Assembly (NCBI GenBank): GCA_964407075.1
Contig: CAYOUE010000001.1
Span: 1,478 to 65,477 of the forward strand
Direction of reading: 5' to 3'
Length of the DNA stretch: 64,000 nt
Origin: an uncultured Hyphomicrobiaceae bacterium
GTDB lineage: Bacteria; Pseudomonadota; Alphaproteobacteria; Rhizobiales; Rhodomicrobiaceae
In this document: one piece after another, positions 45,688 through 55,335 of the stretch
Position numbering within the stretch: the stretch's first letter is position 1
Layout: each line of letters starts with the position of its first letter
Made by a program: the position numbers and the translations under genes
Notes under the pieces: model-generated
What the model was told of the DNA's origin: nothing
The model's input: only the letters and a program-made list of their open reading frames with translations
Databases searched by the model: none

Positions 45688-47301
45688 TTAACGGTTTATT
45701 GTCGGGCGTTTTGAATTGCGTTCAGCAAGCGCCGTTTCGGTCATCAGCAGCCGCCAGGACGCGGACGGCGCGCCGTCTGCGATCCAGTTATATCCGCTCC
45801 ATGGCAGGGTGATCGTGTCAGCGGCGCCGAGCATGTCCGCGCTTATACGTGGAGCGAGCCGGGAAAGGCGCGCCGCCGCCTCTTCGGCTGACAGTTCGGC
45901 CGGCCACAGGATCGCTGTGCGCGTCATTGCGGGTTCGGACTCCAATAGTGGCGGCGCATAAACTTTCGAGCCCGAGAGCATGATGCGGCTGTCCGGAAAA
46001 AACCTGAGCAGATTGCCTCCCAGTTCGTTGTCTTCGACAAGGATCTGACCGCCCGCGAAGCCGCGCGCCTTCATCTCATCCGCAAGCTCCGCATACGGAA
46101 CGCCCCATCGGCAGATATTGCAGACCGGATGCTGGACGTACATGTTCGCCACCCGTCCGAAAAGCGCAACGATCGCCACGCCGATCGCCATGACGACGAA
46201 GCGGCGTATCTGTCCCGCGGGAGGAGCCGCGTTGCGGGCCTGAGCCATGAGCCAGATCGAGGTGAGCAGAAACAGCGGCATCAGCGCATGGGTCGGATAG
46301 CGCAGATGCCCGAACAGGACCGCCCCCGCGAGCAGCGCGGCGAGACAGAACAGCGTCTTGTGCAGCAGGAGCTGTTCGAGGTCCGGTTCGGTTTCCCTGT
46401 TCGGAACGAGGTGTGCCTTGCGCGCCAGGCTCCGCAGCATTCCCGGAAAAAAGACAGGAAGCATGAAGATGAGCGGCGCGAGATACATCAGAGGCTCGGT
46501 GAACGCCCGCCGCGCGCCCGAGAGCGTCTGGCGCAGGACAAGCGCGGTGTCGCCTGACTGAAAGGCCGGAAACAGTGCGGCGATCCCCTCCGGCGTCCCC
46601 GCCAGCCACAGATAGTGCGGTACCGCGATCGCAGCCATGGCCGCAAGTGAAAGCGCCAGTCGCGGGCGGATGATCGCTTTTCGCAGGACGGGCTGCAAGA
46701 GCGCAGCCGCAATGAGCGAAGCCAGAAAAACCCAGAAAACCGGAACCGTCAGCGCGCCCAGCCCGGCGACCGCGCCGAACAGAGCGAAATCCAGCCGCCT
46801 TCCCTGCTCGATCAGCCGCAGCAGCGCCCAGAACGCCCCCGCCACCGCGCACATCGCGCCGACAGCGTGCGTGAAGCCTTCATGGAAGCGCCAGCTTATC
46901 TGATAGATCAGCGCCAGCGCCTCCACCGACAGAAACGCCCAGAACGCATCGCCTTTCATGACACGGCGCGCGGCAAGAAAGATGAAGACGCATGTCAGCG
47001 TTAACAGCCCGTATTTGAGGAGTTGGAAACGCAGCGCGCCCGGTCCGATGACCTCGCCGAGCGCCCAGATCGCCCAGTTGTACAAGGGCGGCTGCTCCGG
47101 GAGGTAGCCCAGCCGGAGCGTCTGCGAAAGTATCGCATCGAGCGGATCGTCTTCTCCCAGATTGAGAGAAGCGATCAGCCGGATCGCAATATGGATCGCC
47201 GAATAGAGGCCGGCCGCCAGAATCACGCCGCTGACGCTGTAGAGCCGCCATGACCCGTCTCGCGCGGCAAGCCCGGATCTGTATGGCGAACGCTCCAGCA
47301 C
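45688..47301 (-). CDS. Polytopic membrane glycosyltransferase, GT-C fold (ArnT/PMT-like)
   Basis: More than 10 TM helices followed by a soluble C-terminal domain. The architecture is ArnT/GT39/GT83-like. The family call is tentative. GTG start. Confidence 0.55.
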   Translation of the reverse strand: MLERSPYRSGLAARDGSWRLYSVSGVILAAGLYSAIHIAIRLIASLNLGEDDPLDAILSQTLRLGYLPEQPPLYNWAIWALGEVIGPGALRFQLLKYGLLTLTCVFIFLAARRVMKGDAFWAFLSVEALALIYQISWRFHEGFTHAVGAMCAVAGAFWALLRLIEQGRRLDFALFGAVAGLGALTVPVFWVFLASLIAAALLQPVLRKAIIRPRLALSLAAMAAIAVPHYLWLAGTPEGIAALFPAFQSGDTALVLRQTLSGARRAFTEPLMYLAPLIFMLPVFFPGMLRSLARKAHLVPNRETEPDLEQLLLHKTLFCLAALLAGAVLFGHLRYPTHALMPLFLLTSIWLMAQARNAAPPAGQIRRFVVMAIGVAIVALFGRVANMYVQHPVCNICRWGVPYAELADEMKARGFAGGQILVEDNELGGNLLRFFPDSRIMLSGSKVYAPPLLESEPAMTRTAILWPAELSAEEAAARLSRLAPRISADMLGAADTITLPWSGYNWIADGAPSASWRLLMTETALAERNSKRPTINR

Positions 47302-47310
47302 GCGCCGGCC

Positions 47311-48294
47311 CTATGCGCGAGCGATTTCGAGGACCGTCGAGCCGGTCGTCTTGCGCGCTTCGAGATCGCGGTGCGCCTGCGCCGCATCGGCCAGCGGGTA
47401 GGTCTGATTGATGGGGATCTTCACATGCCCCTTGTCGATCACGTCGAACAGATCCTGCGCGCTGGCGAGCAGCTTTTCGCGCGTCGCGATGTAGCTGTTC
47501 AGCAGCGGGCGCGTGGCGAAAAGCGAGCCTTTCTGCGCGAGTATGGCGATTTCAAAGGGCGGCACCGGGCCGGAAGCGTTGCCGAACGTGACCCATAGGC
47601 CAAGCGGCTTCAGGCAGTCGAGCGATGCGGGAAAGGTGTCCTTGCCGATGGAGTCGTAGACGACGTCCACGCCCGCACCGCCGGTGATCTCCTTGACGCG
47701 ATCGACGAAATTCTCGGTCCGGTAATTGATGACATGCGTACAGCCGTGCGATCTGGCGATCGCGGCCTTTTCCTCGGAGCCTACCGTACCGATGATCGTC
47801 GCGCCGAGATGGGCCGCCCACTGGGTCGCGATCGAGCCGATGCCTCCGGCCGCCGCGTGGAGCAGCATGACGGTCTGCGGGTCGACCATATAGGTCTGGC
47901 GAAGCAGATACTGCACTGTCATGCCTTTCAGCATGATCGCGGCCGCGAGCTTGCTGTCTATGGCGTCCGGCAGCTTGACGAGGCGATCGGCGGGAACGAG
48001 CCTCTCTTCCGCATATGCGCCGATGATGCTGGCGTAGGCCACCCTGTCGCCGGGCGCTACGTCGGTTACGCCGGGACCAACTTCGAGCACTTCACCCGAC
48101 CCTTCCGCGCCGAGCACGAAGGGCAGGGAAGGCTGCGGATACAGCCCTGAGCGGTGATAGGTGTCGATGAAGTTGAGCCCGGCATAGTGATGCCGGATCC
48201 TGGCCTGGCCCGGTCCCGGCGCCGGGACGTCCACCTGCTCCCACTTCATGGCTTCCGGCCCGCCATAGGCGTGAACTCTGATTGCGTGGGTCAT
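47311..48294 (-). CDS. qor: NADPH:quinone oxidoreductase (second Qor paralogue)
   Basis: MTHAIRVHAYGGPEAMKWEQV..., GLNFIDTYHRSGLYP, AAAGGIGS and a C-terminal AHRDLEARKTTGSTVL. Start at the internal ATG 48294. Confidence 0.88.
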   Translation of the reverse strand: MTHAIRVHAYGGPEAMKWEQVDVPAPGPGQARIRHHYAGLNFIDTYHRSGLYPQPSLPFVLGAEGSGEVLEVGPGVTDVAPGDRVAYASIIGAYAEERLVPADRLVKLPDAIDSKLAAAIMLKGMTVQYLLRQTYMVDPQTVMLLHAAAGGIGSIATQWAAHLGATIIGTVGSEEKAAIARSHGCTHVINYRTENFVDRVKEITGGAGVDVVYDSIGKDTFPASLDCLKPLGLWVTFGNASGPVPPFEIAILAQKGSLFATRPLLNSYIATREKLLASAQDLFDVIDKGHVKIPINQTYPLADAAQAHRDLEARKTTGSTVLEIARA

Positions 48295-48371
48295 AGGGTT
48301 CCTCCAATCGTTTTCGCTTTCAGCAGTAATCCAGCATGACAGGATTTGCCAGCATACTGTGTAAAGGCGCG

Positions 48372-49514
48372 TCAGCGAATGGGGGGATTGAGCTGCTGGG
48401 CGAGGCGGATCAGTTCGATGCGGCTGGCAATATTCGCCTTGGCGTAAACCGCGCGCGCCTGGGAGCGCACGGTTTCGGGAGAAACGCCGCGTTCTTCGGC
48501 AATTTCGGCGGCCGTCCGCCCGTGTATCATGGACTCGCAGACCGCAGCCTCTGCGGGGGATAAACCGTAGATCTGCGCCATGCCTTTCGTCGAGATTTCC
48601 GTCGTGCGGTCCGGGTCGATGATGCAGACAAGGCTGCCTGAAAAATCCGCTTCCAGCTCTGCGGCGCTGTCGCGCAAAGGGCAGATCTCGATCAGAAACG
48701 GCGTCGCTCCGGACAGGCGCGGGCAAACTATGGCTATTTCTTCGGAATTGCCTCTGCCGCTGGCTGTATGCGCGGTAAGTTCGATGCCCTCGCGGATTTG
48801 CTGCGTCACATCCTCATTGCGCGCCACGAGCCGTTGCTCTTTCGAGAGCACAAGCCCGTCGTTCGCCGAGAGGATATTCTGCGCCTCCGCATTGGCGACA
48901 GCGATCCAGCCTGCGTGCGTGGCGATACAGATGCCGATTCCGAGATTGTCGAGGGCCGCCAGTATGGCGCGGTATCGCAGATGCAGAAGCGAGAACGTCC
49001 GTCCGACTTCGACTGATTTCGACAAGTGCGGAATGACCATTTCAAACGCCTTCCAGAAACTGTCCGGAACGTCTACCCAATCCTCTGCCATTTGAAATGC
49101 GATGAGATCTTTCCAGGCCTTGCGAGGGTTCAGATAGGCTCCGGTGCGGCTTTGAACGCCGTACCTGGTTCTGAGAAAGTCAATGTCTTCCCGGTTTCTT
49201 GAGTGTACAAGTTCTGGCCAGACTTCCGTATCGCGCACTATTTTGCGCGGCTCCACATAGTGCATGAATTTGGCGATTTCTGCTTCATACTTCGCGTATT
49301 TCTGGGAGTATTCCTTTATGTCTTCAGCAGAATACAGACTGTTCCAGGCATGAATCCTGAATGGCGTGTCGACCAGGTCGTACGCCATGAGCGTTGTCCC
49401 GCGCGCTCCGATGGCGTCTGCGAGGCTGTCGAGCGCTTTCTGCCAGTGATCGCCATCAACTGCGGCATCATAAATGTCTGGAAGAACTTGAAAAATTTTT
49501 CTCGAAAGCGGCAC
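48372..49514 (-). CDS. LuxR/FixJ-type HTH transcriptional regulator with an uncharacterised N-terminal domain
   Basis: C-terminal LSPAEAAVCESMIHGRTAAEIAEERGVSPETVRSQARAVYAKANIASRIELIRL. The start is probably GTG 49514 (GGAG 8 nt upstream), not TTG 49556. Confidence 0.8.
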   Translation of the reverse strand: MPLSRKIFQVLPDIYDAAVDGDHWQKALDSLADAIGARGTTLMAYDLVDTPFRIHAWNSLYSAEDIKEYSQKYAKYEAEIAKFMHYVEPRKIVRDTEVWPELVHSRNREDIDFLRTRYGVQSRTGAYLNPRKAWKDLIAFQMAEDWVDVPDSFWKAFEMVIPHLSKSVEVGRTFSLLHLRYRAILAALDNLGIGICIATHAGWIAVANAEAQNILSANDGLVLSKEQRLVARNEDVTQQIREGIELTAHTASGRGNSEEIAIVCPRLSGATPFLIEICPLRDSAAELEADFSGSLVCIIDPDRTTEISTKGMAQIYGLSPAEAAVCESMIHGRTAAEIAEERGVSPETVRSQARAVYAKANIASRIELIRLAQQLNPPIR

Positions 49515-49641
49515 AGCAGATACTCCGCTGCAATGCGTATGCAAAAATAAATGCAAGGCAACTCATTACGGATTAACTGGTTTCCGCTCGCAATAAAATA
49601 GAAATTTCGATAAAGGGCGCGAATATTGACTGATGCTGCAT

Positions 49642-50934
49642 TCAGAGCGAGATGCGTTCGATCTCTGCGCCGCAACCGCTCAGCTTTTCTTCCAGCCGCT
49701 CGAAGCCCCTGTCGAGGTGATAGACGCGGTTGATCGTGGTTTCGCCCTCCGCAACCAGTCCGGCGATGACCAGCGAAACGGATGCGCGCAGATCGGTCGC
49801 CATGACTTCCGCTCCGCGCATCGCGCGCACGCCGCGTATATGGGCGGTGTCGCCGCTGATCCTGATATCGGCGCCCAGGCGGGCCAGTTCCTGCACGTGC
49901 ATGAAGCGGTTCTCGAAGATCGTCTCGCGTATCGTGGAAGTTCCCGCCGCCTTCGCCATCAGCGCCATGAGCTGAGCCTGCAGATCGGTGGGAAATCCCG
50001 GGAATGGTTGCGTTTCGATATTCACCGCACGCAGCCCGGAGCCGTTCCGCGAAACGCTGATGCCGCGATTGGTCCCGGCAATCGAAACGCCGGCTTCAGT
50101 GAGCGTGTCGAGCGCGGACTGAAGCAGATCCGGCCTTGCGCCTTCCAGCAGCACTTCGCCGCCGGCCGCGGCGACCGCCATCGCATAGGTTCCGGTTTCG
50201 ATACGGTCGGGCAGGACGGTGTGGATCGCGCCTTCGAGATAGTCCGTTCCCTGAACGTGCAGCGTGGAGGTTCCGATGCCCTCGATGCGAGCGCCCATCT
50301 TGACCAGGCACTCGGCCAGATCGCCGACTTCCGGCTCGCGCGCGGCGTTTTCGATCACGGTTTCGCCTCTGGCCAGCGCCGACGCCATCAGCACGTTATG
50401 CGTCGCGCCGACCGAGACCAGCGGAAATTCGATCCGCGCGCCCCGCAGGCCGCCGCGCGGCGTCTTCGCCACGACATAACCGCCGGTCAGTTCCATCTGC
50501 GCGCCAAGCTTCTCCAGTCCCATGAGATGAAGATCGACGGGCCGCGTGCCGATCGCGCATCCGCCGGGAAGGGACACGGTCGCCTCTCCATGCCTGGCCA
50601 GCAACGGCCCGAGCACCCAGAAACTGGCGCGCATCCTGCGAACCATGTCGTAGGGCGCGCGCGAATCGACGATCTCACGTGCGGTCAGATGAAACGTTTC
50701 GCCCACGCAGCCATTGCTGTTCGCCCGCTTGCCGTCCACCGCGCAATCGACGCCATGATTACGCAGGATGCGGGCGAGAAGGTTCGTGTCGGCCAGATTC
50801 GGCATGTTCTTCAGCGTCAGCGTCTCCGATGTGAGCAGGCTGGAGATCATCAGCGGCAGGGCTGCGTTCTTTGCGCCGCTGATCGGAATGACGCCGTTGA
50901 GCGGTTTTCCGCCCCTGATGCGAATCTGGTCCAT
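49642..50934 (-). CDS. murA: UDP-N-acetylglucosamine 1-carboxyvinyltransferase
   Basis: [29 protein letters not shown] start and MurA-like sequence throughout, including the active-site loop [12 protein letters not shown]. Confidence 0.93.
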   Translation of the reverse strand: MDQIRIRGGKPLNGVIPISGAKNAALPLMISSLLTSETLTLKNMPNLADTNLLARILRNHGVDCAVDGKRANSNGCVGETFHLTAREIVDSRAPYDMVRRMRASFWVLGPLLARHGEATVSLPGGCAIGTRPVDLHLMGLEKLGAQMELTGGYVVAKTPRGGLRGARIEFPLVSVGATHNVLMASALARGETVIENAAREPEVGDLAECLVKMGARIEGIGTSTLHVQGTDYLEGAIHTVLPDRIETGTYAMAVAAAGGEVLLEGARPDLLQSALDTLTEAGVSIAGTNRGISVSRNGSGLRAVNIETQPFPGFPTDLQAQLMALMAKAAGTSTIRETIFENRFMHVQELARLGADIRISGDTAHIRGVRAMRGAEVMATDLRASVSLVIAGLVAEGETTINRVYHLDRGFERLEEKLSGCGAEIERISL

Positions 50935-51029
50935 CAATGAATCCGCCCGTTTTAGAGATATGTCGCCGGTATGACCGTTAAGGATTAAACGAGCGGGCAT
51001 CATGGCGCAAGCCCGGCGCCGGCGCAGCC

Positions 51030-51191
51030 TTACGCGCCATACTTTTCGGGATCTTCGCCGCCTTCGCCGCTGTCCTTGCGTGCCCGGGCCTGCGCCTTGC
51101 GGCGCTTCAGATTCTCCCGCAGCCGGGCGGCGAGGCGGGCTTCGCGTTCAGCGCGGGCATCGGATTTCGGCGTCCTGGGGGTTCCGGTCAT
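51030..51191 (-). CDS. Small (53-aa) basic protein upstream of murA, below the ORF-track length cutoff
   Basis: My own translation reads [53 protein letters not shown]. The third codon position is high in GC, as in neighbouring genes. Confidence 0.4.
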   Translation of the reverse strand: MTGTPRTPKSDARAEREARLAARLRENLKRRKAQARARKDSGEGGEDPEKYGA

Positions 51192-51353
51192 GCGCTTGGC
51201 CTCGATGATGGCAGTTCCGGATCTTAGGCCGTGGCACGCCCTTTTTCCAGCCTGTCCGGAGGCCGCGAAGCAGGCGGCCGCACGCCTGCGCTCACCTCTT
51301 GTCTATTCGCCGGCATCATGGCATTGTCCGCCAGCGTCAGCCGCCTGCCTTCA

Positions 51354-51428
51354 GCCGCAGTAGCTCAGTGGTAGAGCGCACCCTTGGTAAGGGTGAGGTC
51401 GGGAGTTCAATCCTCCCCTGCGGCACCA
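51354..51428 (+). tRNA. tRNA-Thr (anticodon GGU)
   Basis: Acceptor stem gccgcag/ctgcggc, D arm tagctcagtggtagagc, anticodon stem-loop caccc-ttGGTaa-gggtg, T arm gggagttcaatcctccc and an encoded CCA. Followed by a T-run. Confidence 0.92.
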
Positions 51429-51456
51429 GCTTTTTTCCGCTTCATCTGCCTGTCAG

Positions 51457-51496
51457 TACCCACAGGCGCACAAGTTTACCCACAGGCGCACAAGTT
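51457..51496 (+). repeat. Perfect tandem duplication of a 20-bp unit (tacccacaggcgcacaagtt x2), 29 bp downstream of the tRNA
   Basis: Read directly from the sequence: copy 1 at 51457-51476 and copy 2 at 51477-51496. Confidence 0.9.
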
Positions 51497-51503
51497 TGCA
51501 GCG

Positions 51504-52535
51504 TCATTCCGGCGCCGTGGTGCTTCGGCTGCTCGTGCTGAAGTCGTCCGCCGGGTTTTTCGGCGCTTCCGAGCGTGTGGCCCAAAGCGAGATCAGAATG
51601 CCTGCGGCCAGGAGCGCGATGGTAACCGAGAGCGAAATCACGGGCGGGATTTTGGCGAGATCGAAATAATCCGCTACGAAGACCTTTCCTCCGATGAATA
51701 TCAGGACCGAAGCCAACGCATATTTGAGATAGACGAAACGCGCCTGCATCGCCGACAACGCGAAAAATAGTGCGCGAAGTCCTAATATGGCAAAGACGTT
51801 CGATGTGTAGACGATGAAGGGATCGGTGGTGATCGCAAAGATCGCAGGCACTGAATCGACGGCGAAGATCACGTCGGCTATCTCGATCATCACCAGTGCC
51901 ATGAGCAGAGGCGTGATGTAGAGGACGCGTTTTCCGGTTTTCGGTTCAGGCAGCCGCACAACGAAGCGCGAACCGTGATATTCGTTGGTGACGCGGAAAC
52001 GCCGCCGCATGAAATTCACGAGCGGATTGTCGCCGATCGGCTTTTCCTGGCCGTCCCAGAACAACATCCTGACGCCGGTGAAGATCAGGAATGCGGCGAA
52101 CAGGTAAAGAATCCATTCGAATTCGGAAATGAGCGCGGCTCCTGCGCCGATCATGACGCCGCGCAACAGGATTACGCCGAGTATGCCCCAGAACAGGACC
52201 CTGTGCTGGTAGCGCCTCGGAACGGCGAAATAGCTGAAAATCGCCGCAATGACGAAGATGTTGTCCATTGCGAGCGTCTTTTCGACGACAAAACCGGTCA
52301 GGTAGTTCACGCCGGCTGTTTGGCCGAGCTGATACCAGACGAAAATGCCGTAGCTGAGCCCGAATACGATGTAAAAGGCTGAAAGCTGAAGGCTTTCCTT
52401 GACCCCGATTTCCTTTTCCTTGCGGTGCAGTACGCCAAGGTCGAAAGTCAGCAGAGCAATCACGATGAAGAAGAATGCAATCCACATCCAGACGGGTTTG
52501 CCAAGCCAGTCTGCGAACAGAAATGTTGCGTCCAC
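51504..52535 (-). CDS. TerC/Alx-family integral membrane protein
   Basis: FVVEKTLAMDNIFVIAAIF and FAVDSVPAIFAIT motifs are typical of TerC. GTG start. Confidence 0.88.
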   Translation of the reverse strand: MDATFLFADWLGKPVWMWIAFFFIVIALLTFDLGVLHRKEKEIGVKESLQLSAFYIVFGLSYGIFVWYQLGQTAGVNYLTGFVVEKTLAMDNIFVIAAIFSYFAVPRRYQHRVLFWGILGVILLRGVMIGAGAALISEFEWILYLFAAFLIFTGVRMLFWDGQEKPIGDNPLVNFMRRRFRVTNEYHGSRFVVRLPEPKTGKRVLYITPLLMALVMIEIADVIFAVDSVPAIFAITTDPFIVYTSNVFAILGLRALFFALSAMQARFVYLKYALASVLIFIGGKVFVADYFDLAKIPPVISLSVTIALLAAGILISLWATRSEAPKNPADDFSTSSRSTTAPE

Positions 52536-52874
52536 GGGTATGCCTTTCGGTCTGGGGCCGGTGCGCCGGAAATATTCGTCGGGACGGTGTCAGGGGGAGC
52601 CGAGCGCCGGACTGTCCTGGCCAGACGAAGCGGAAATGGGGCCAACCCAGCCGCGTATCAACATCCCGCGATGGGTTGAAAAAAATATTTCCCGGCCCGG
52701 AACCGCGCGTCAGTCCGGCGTGATAAATTTTTGCGAGCCGCTTGCCGAATTCCATGCGGAGTGCTTATCTCAACAGCTGGCGACAGGCCCAGCCTTTCAG
52801 CGCGCCTCGTGTCATGAGCAACACGCCACTGGCCCGGACCTTGCCGCACCCCGCGCGGCGGGCCGCCGCGTTTC

Positions 52875-53240
52875 ATGGTGTGGTTCGTTCAAATGTCACA
52901 TTTTGCCGTTGTCGCGGGCGAAGCTGCTCTGCTTGCAGCAGTCGTCGCATCGCTCTTCTTAATATCGCTTGCGTTCAGGAATCCCGCTTGGGACACGTGG
53001 CTGGATAACGAATTTGCTGCGACAAGCGTGGCCATCCTCTTCACAGCAGCCTTTGCGATCGCATTCGCCGTGCTTGTGGAAGGTCTTATCGAGTCCGATT
53101 TCGACTACCGTCTGGCGATGGCGGCCGCCACGCTCTACAGCGGCGGCATCGGCGTATTGCTCTGGACAGTCATGCGAATGACATCGCGCCGCTCAGACGG
53201 CGATCGGAAGTATCTGCAAGCGGGTGTTCCGCAGCACTGA
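52875..53240 (+). CDS. Small membrane protein (3-4 TM), function unknown
   Basis: Hydrophobic helices are present and no motif is recognised. The start is 52875 or 52893. Confidence 0.5.
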   Translation: MVWFVQMSHFAVVAGEAALLAAVVASLFLISLAFRNPAWDTWLDNEFAATSVAILFTAAFAIAFAVLVEGLIESDFDYRLAMAAATLYSGGIGVLLWTVMRMTSRRSDGDRKYLQAGVPQH

Positions 53241-53301
53241 CCGGTTCGAACGCGGCGTCCGGCAGTTATCTGCTGACTCTGATGCAGTATGGCGGCGCGG
53301 C

Positions 53302-53895
53302 TCAGAACGAGAGCCGCGTGACGCCTTCTTCGCGCCTGCGCATTTCCAGCACGATCAGCAGGACGAGGAAGACCCAGAAATTGAGCCAGTGTATGACCCA
53401 GAAGCCTGCGAGGACGCCGACAGTCAGTACGATCCAGACCGAGAGGCCGATGAGGACATGCGCAGCCATGCCCCTGAGCGCGCCGAAAGATCGCCAGCCC
53501 AGAACCGCGATGACGCAGTTGACCGCCGTAAGCGCCCCTGCGCAGCCCAGCAGGATCTGCGAAAACAGGATATGCCGGGCCGGGATCGTCTCGCCTGACG
53601 CGAAAGACAGGTCTCCGATGTAGCCAGCCAGAATATTGACGAAACGGACTTCATGCCAGAAGCCCGAAATATCCCAAAGGCTTGCGGCGGAGACCTCCTT
53701 TGTGAAATCGGCGAAGACGCCGGTTGCGATCGCAAGCAGGCTTCCGCAGGCGATGGCGAGGCTCCAGCAGAACGGGATGGAGAACATGCCCCGGTTGTCG
53801 AGGCGCTCCGCAAGGTCGAGCGCGCCCGTGTGCACGAGCCAGGGCAGGACGACGATCAGCAGCAGATTTTCTGCCGCAACGGAAAGAAAGGACAT
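53302..53895 (-). CDS. Polytopic membrane protein (about 6 TM), function unknown
   Basis: Clean ORF with alternating hydrophobic helices. No family recognised. Confidence 0.6.
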   Translation of the reverse strand: MSFLSVAAENLLLIVVLPWLVHTGALDLAERLDNRGMFSIPFCWSLAIACGSLLAIATGVFADFTKEVSAASLWDISGFWHEVRFVNILAGYIGDLSFASGETIPARHILFSQILLGCAGALTAVNCVIAVLGWRSFGALRGMAAHVLIGLSVWIVLTVGVLAGFWVIHWLNFWVFLVLLIVLEMRRREEGVTRLSF

Positions 53896-53974
53896 CGTTC
53901 AGCAGTCTCCGATGTCCGGAAGGCTGCCGAACAGGCCAGCCGCTGTTGCACGGATTTGTAGCCGCAGCCTCATC

Positions 53975-55036
53975 TCATTCAGCCGTTCCCGAATTCGCCC
54001 GGTTGAAAATACGGGATTCGATCTTCGTGATCCGGTCCTCGATGTTCTCGATCTTTTTGGCCTCCACCTGTGTCATACTATAGGCGTCGTCGAGCGTCTG
54101 GTTCTGCAGCGCCGTATATCTGAAAGGATCGAAACTCAACACGAGGGCAGGCAACGGAAAGATATTCACGTCTATCCCGCTCAAACGGACGTTGCCCGAA
54201 TATTCCCCGGCTTGCGCGAGCTTGCGCAGCAAAACGACTTCGAAGAAGGCCATGATCCCTGATGTGCGTTCAGCGTAGTCGTCGACCTTGCTGCTGAAAG
54301 CCGCAAGCTCCTCGGACGAAAGATTGCGGTCGTGCCGGAACGAAACCGTCAGTCCGGGGATCAGCCCGACGCTGACCTGCACGTCCACAAGGGCAAACCC
54401 GCTTTCGTCGACCAGAAGGGCGAATTCGCTGGCCCCCTGAGCGCGTAATCGCTCCTTGACGCCGTCGACAACGTCGTCGGACCAGTCCTGCAGGATCGAG
54501 AAGCTGTTATATCCTGTCAGAGCCGCATTCCCTGCATTGTTCATGGCGGAACTGGAACTCGACACGACCCAGTCGCCGGCATCCCTGGCGGCGCTGACGG
54601 CGTTCTCCGAATGAAGCCTCATCCAGCCGGTCGCGTCCCACGCCGCGTCGATTGCCTCGTCCGAGCGCAGCTTTATCCATTCGCCCGCCTCTTCAGCAGC
54701 TTCCGCCATGGCGCGGCTACCTGCGATGATCCATTCGCTCGTACTTCTTGCGGCGGAGACCATCGGATCGACGGCGCCGCTACGAATGGACTGCTCGATA
54801 TAATCCCAGTCCGGGTCGTAGCCCATTACGGTCATGCCATAGGACGACGACTGAGCCGTATACGCAAGCGGGCTTCCGGGGCCCTTGCCATGCGCAGCGC
54901 CGGGTGAGTCTCCGTCGAGCGGCATTGCGGGCGAGCGCAGGGACGTGCGCGTCTCGCTCTCGGCCATTTCGGCGGAAATGGGACCGTTCGCCAAAAATGC
55001 GAAGAGAAAAACTGCTGCTGAAAGGCGGATCGTCAT
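53975..55036 (-). CDS. Secreted protein with four 18-aa Trp-centred repeats and a C-terminal coiled-coil-like tail, function unknown
   Basis: Signal peptide MTIRLSAAVFLFAFLANGPISAE. Repeats are VSAARSTSEWIIAGSRAM / AEAAEEAGEWIKLRSDEA / IDAAWDATGWMRLHSENA / VSAARDAGDWVVSSSSSA. Confidence 0.65.
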   Translation of the reverse strand: MTIRLSAAVFLFAFLANGPISAEMAESETRTSLRSPAMPLDGDSPGAAHGKGPGSPLAYTAQSSSYGMTVMGYDPDWDYIEQSIRSGAVDPMVSAARSTSEWIIAGSRAMAEAAEEAGEWIKLRSDEAIDAAWDATGWMRLHSENAVSAARDAGDWVVSSSSSAMNNAGNAALTGYNSFSILQDWSDDVVDGVKERLRAQGASEFALLVDESGFALVDVQVSVGLIPGLTVSFRHDRNLSSEELAAFSSKVDDYAERTSGIMAFFEVVLLRKLAQAGEYSGNVRLSGIDVNIFPLPALVLSFDPFRYTALQNQTLDDAYSMTQVEAKKIENIEDRITKIESRIFNRANSGTAE

Positions 55037-55050
55037 TCCGGGGATCTCCC

Positions 55051-55335
55051 TTAGAACAGAATGGGGGCGACCTCGTCAGCACTGCGCGTGAGTTTCTGGT
55101 GAACGCGATAGACGAGCGCGCGCCGGCGCATTTCGGCTGGCAGGACGGAACTGCCCGTCCGTCCGGAAGCGGCCGTCAGATCGGGAAGGAATCCGGTCGC
55201 TGTCACCATGCCTGCAGTCGCTTTGGACAGAAAATAGGGCGCTTCCCTTTCGGATGAAAAATCGGCGACCAATGAGGCGGAAAGGATCGCCAGCCCGATC
55301 GAGGCGGCAAATCCGACCTGAGACGACCTCCTCAT
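55051..55335 (-). CDS. Small secreted protein, function unknown
   Basis: MRRSSQVGFAASIGLAILSASLVA signal-like N-terminus. The stop lies 14 nt before the next gene start. Confidence 0.5.
   Translation of the reverse strand: MRRSSQVGFAASIGLAILSASLVADFSSEREAPYFLSKATAGMVTATGFLPDLTAASGRTGSSVLPAEMRRRALVYRVHQKLTRSADEVAPILF

Noticed and set aside
48295-48726. 144-aa upstream extension of the second qor ORF, and the similar extension 62021-62425 of the phosphoribulokinase ORF
   Set aside because: Both extensions are Arg/Pro-rich, and one overlaps the preceding gene (cbbF). The family-typical N-termini (MTHAIRVHAYGGP..., MSQKHPIISVTGSSGAGTS) begin at internal ATGs.
52536-52874. Possible yybP-ykoY (Mn2+) riboswitch in the 340-bp leader of the TerC/Alx-family gene
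   Set aside because: TerC-family genes are often preceded by this riboswitch. On the terC (minus) strand I could not find the conserved GGGGAGUAG loop. A GGGGAGCCG occurs only on the opposite strand. The local hairpin (aaccca..tgggtt, about 52645-52678) has no 3' U-run on either strand. A cmscan with RF00080 would settle it.
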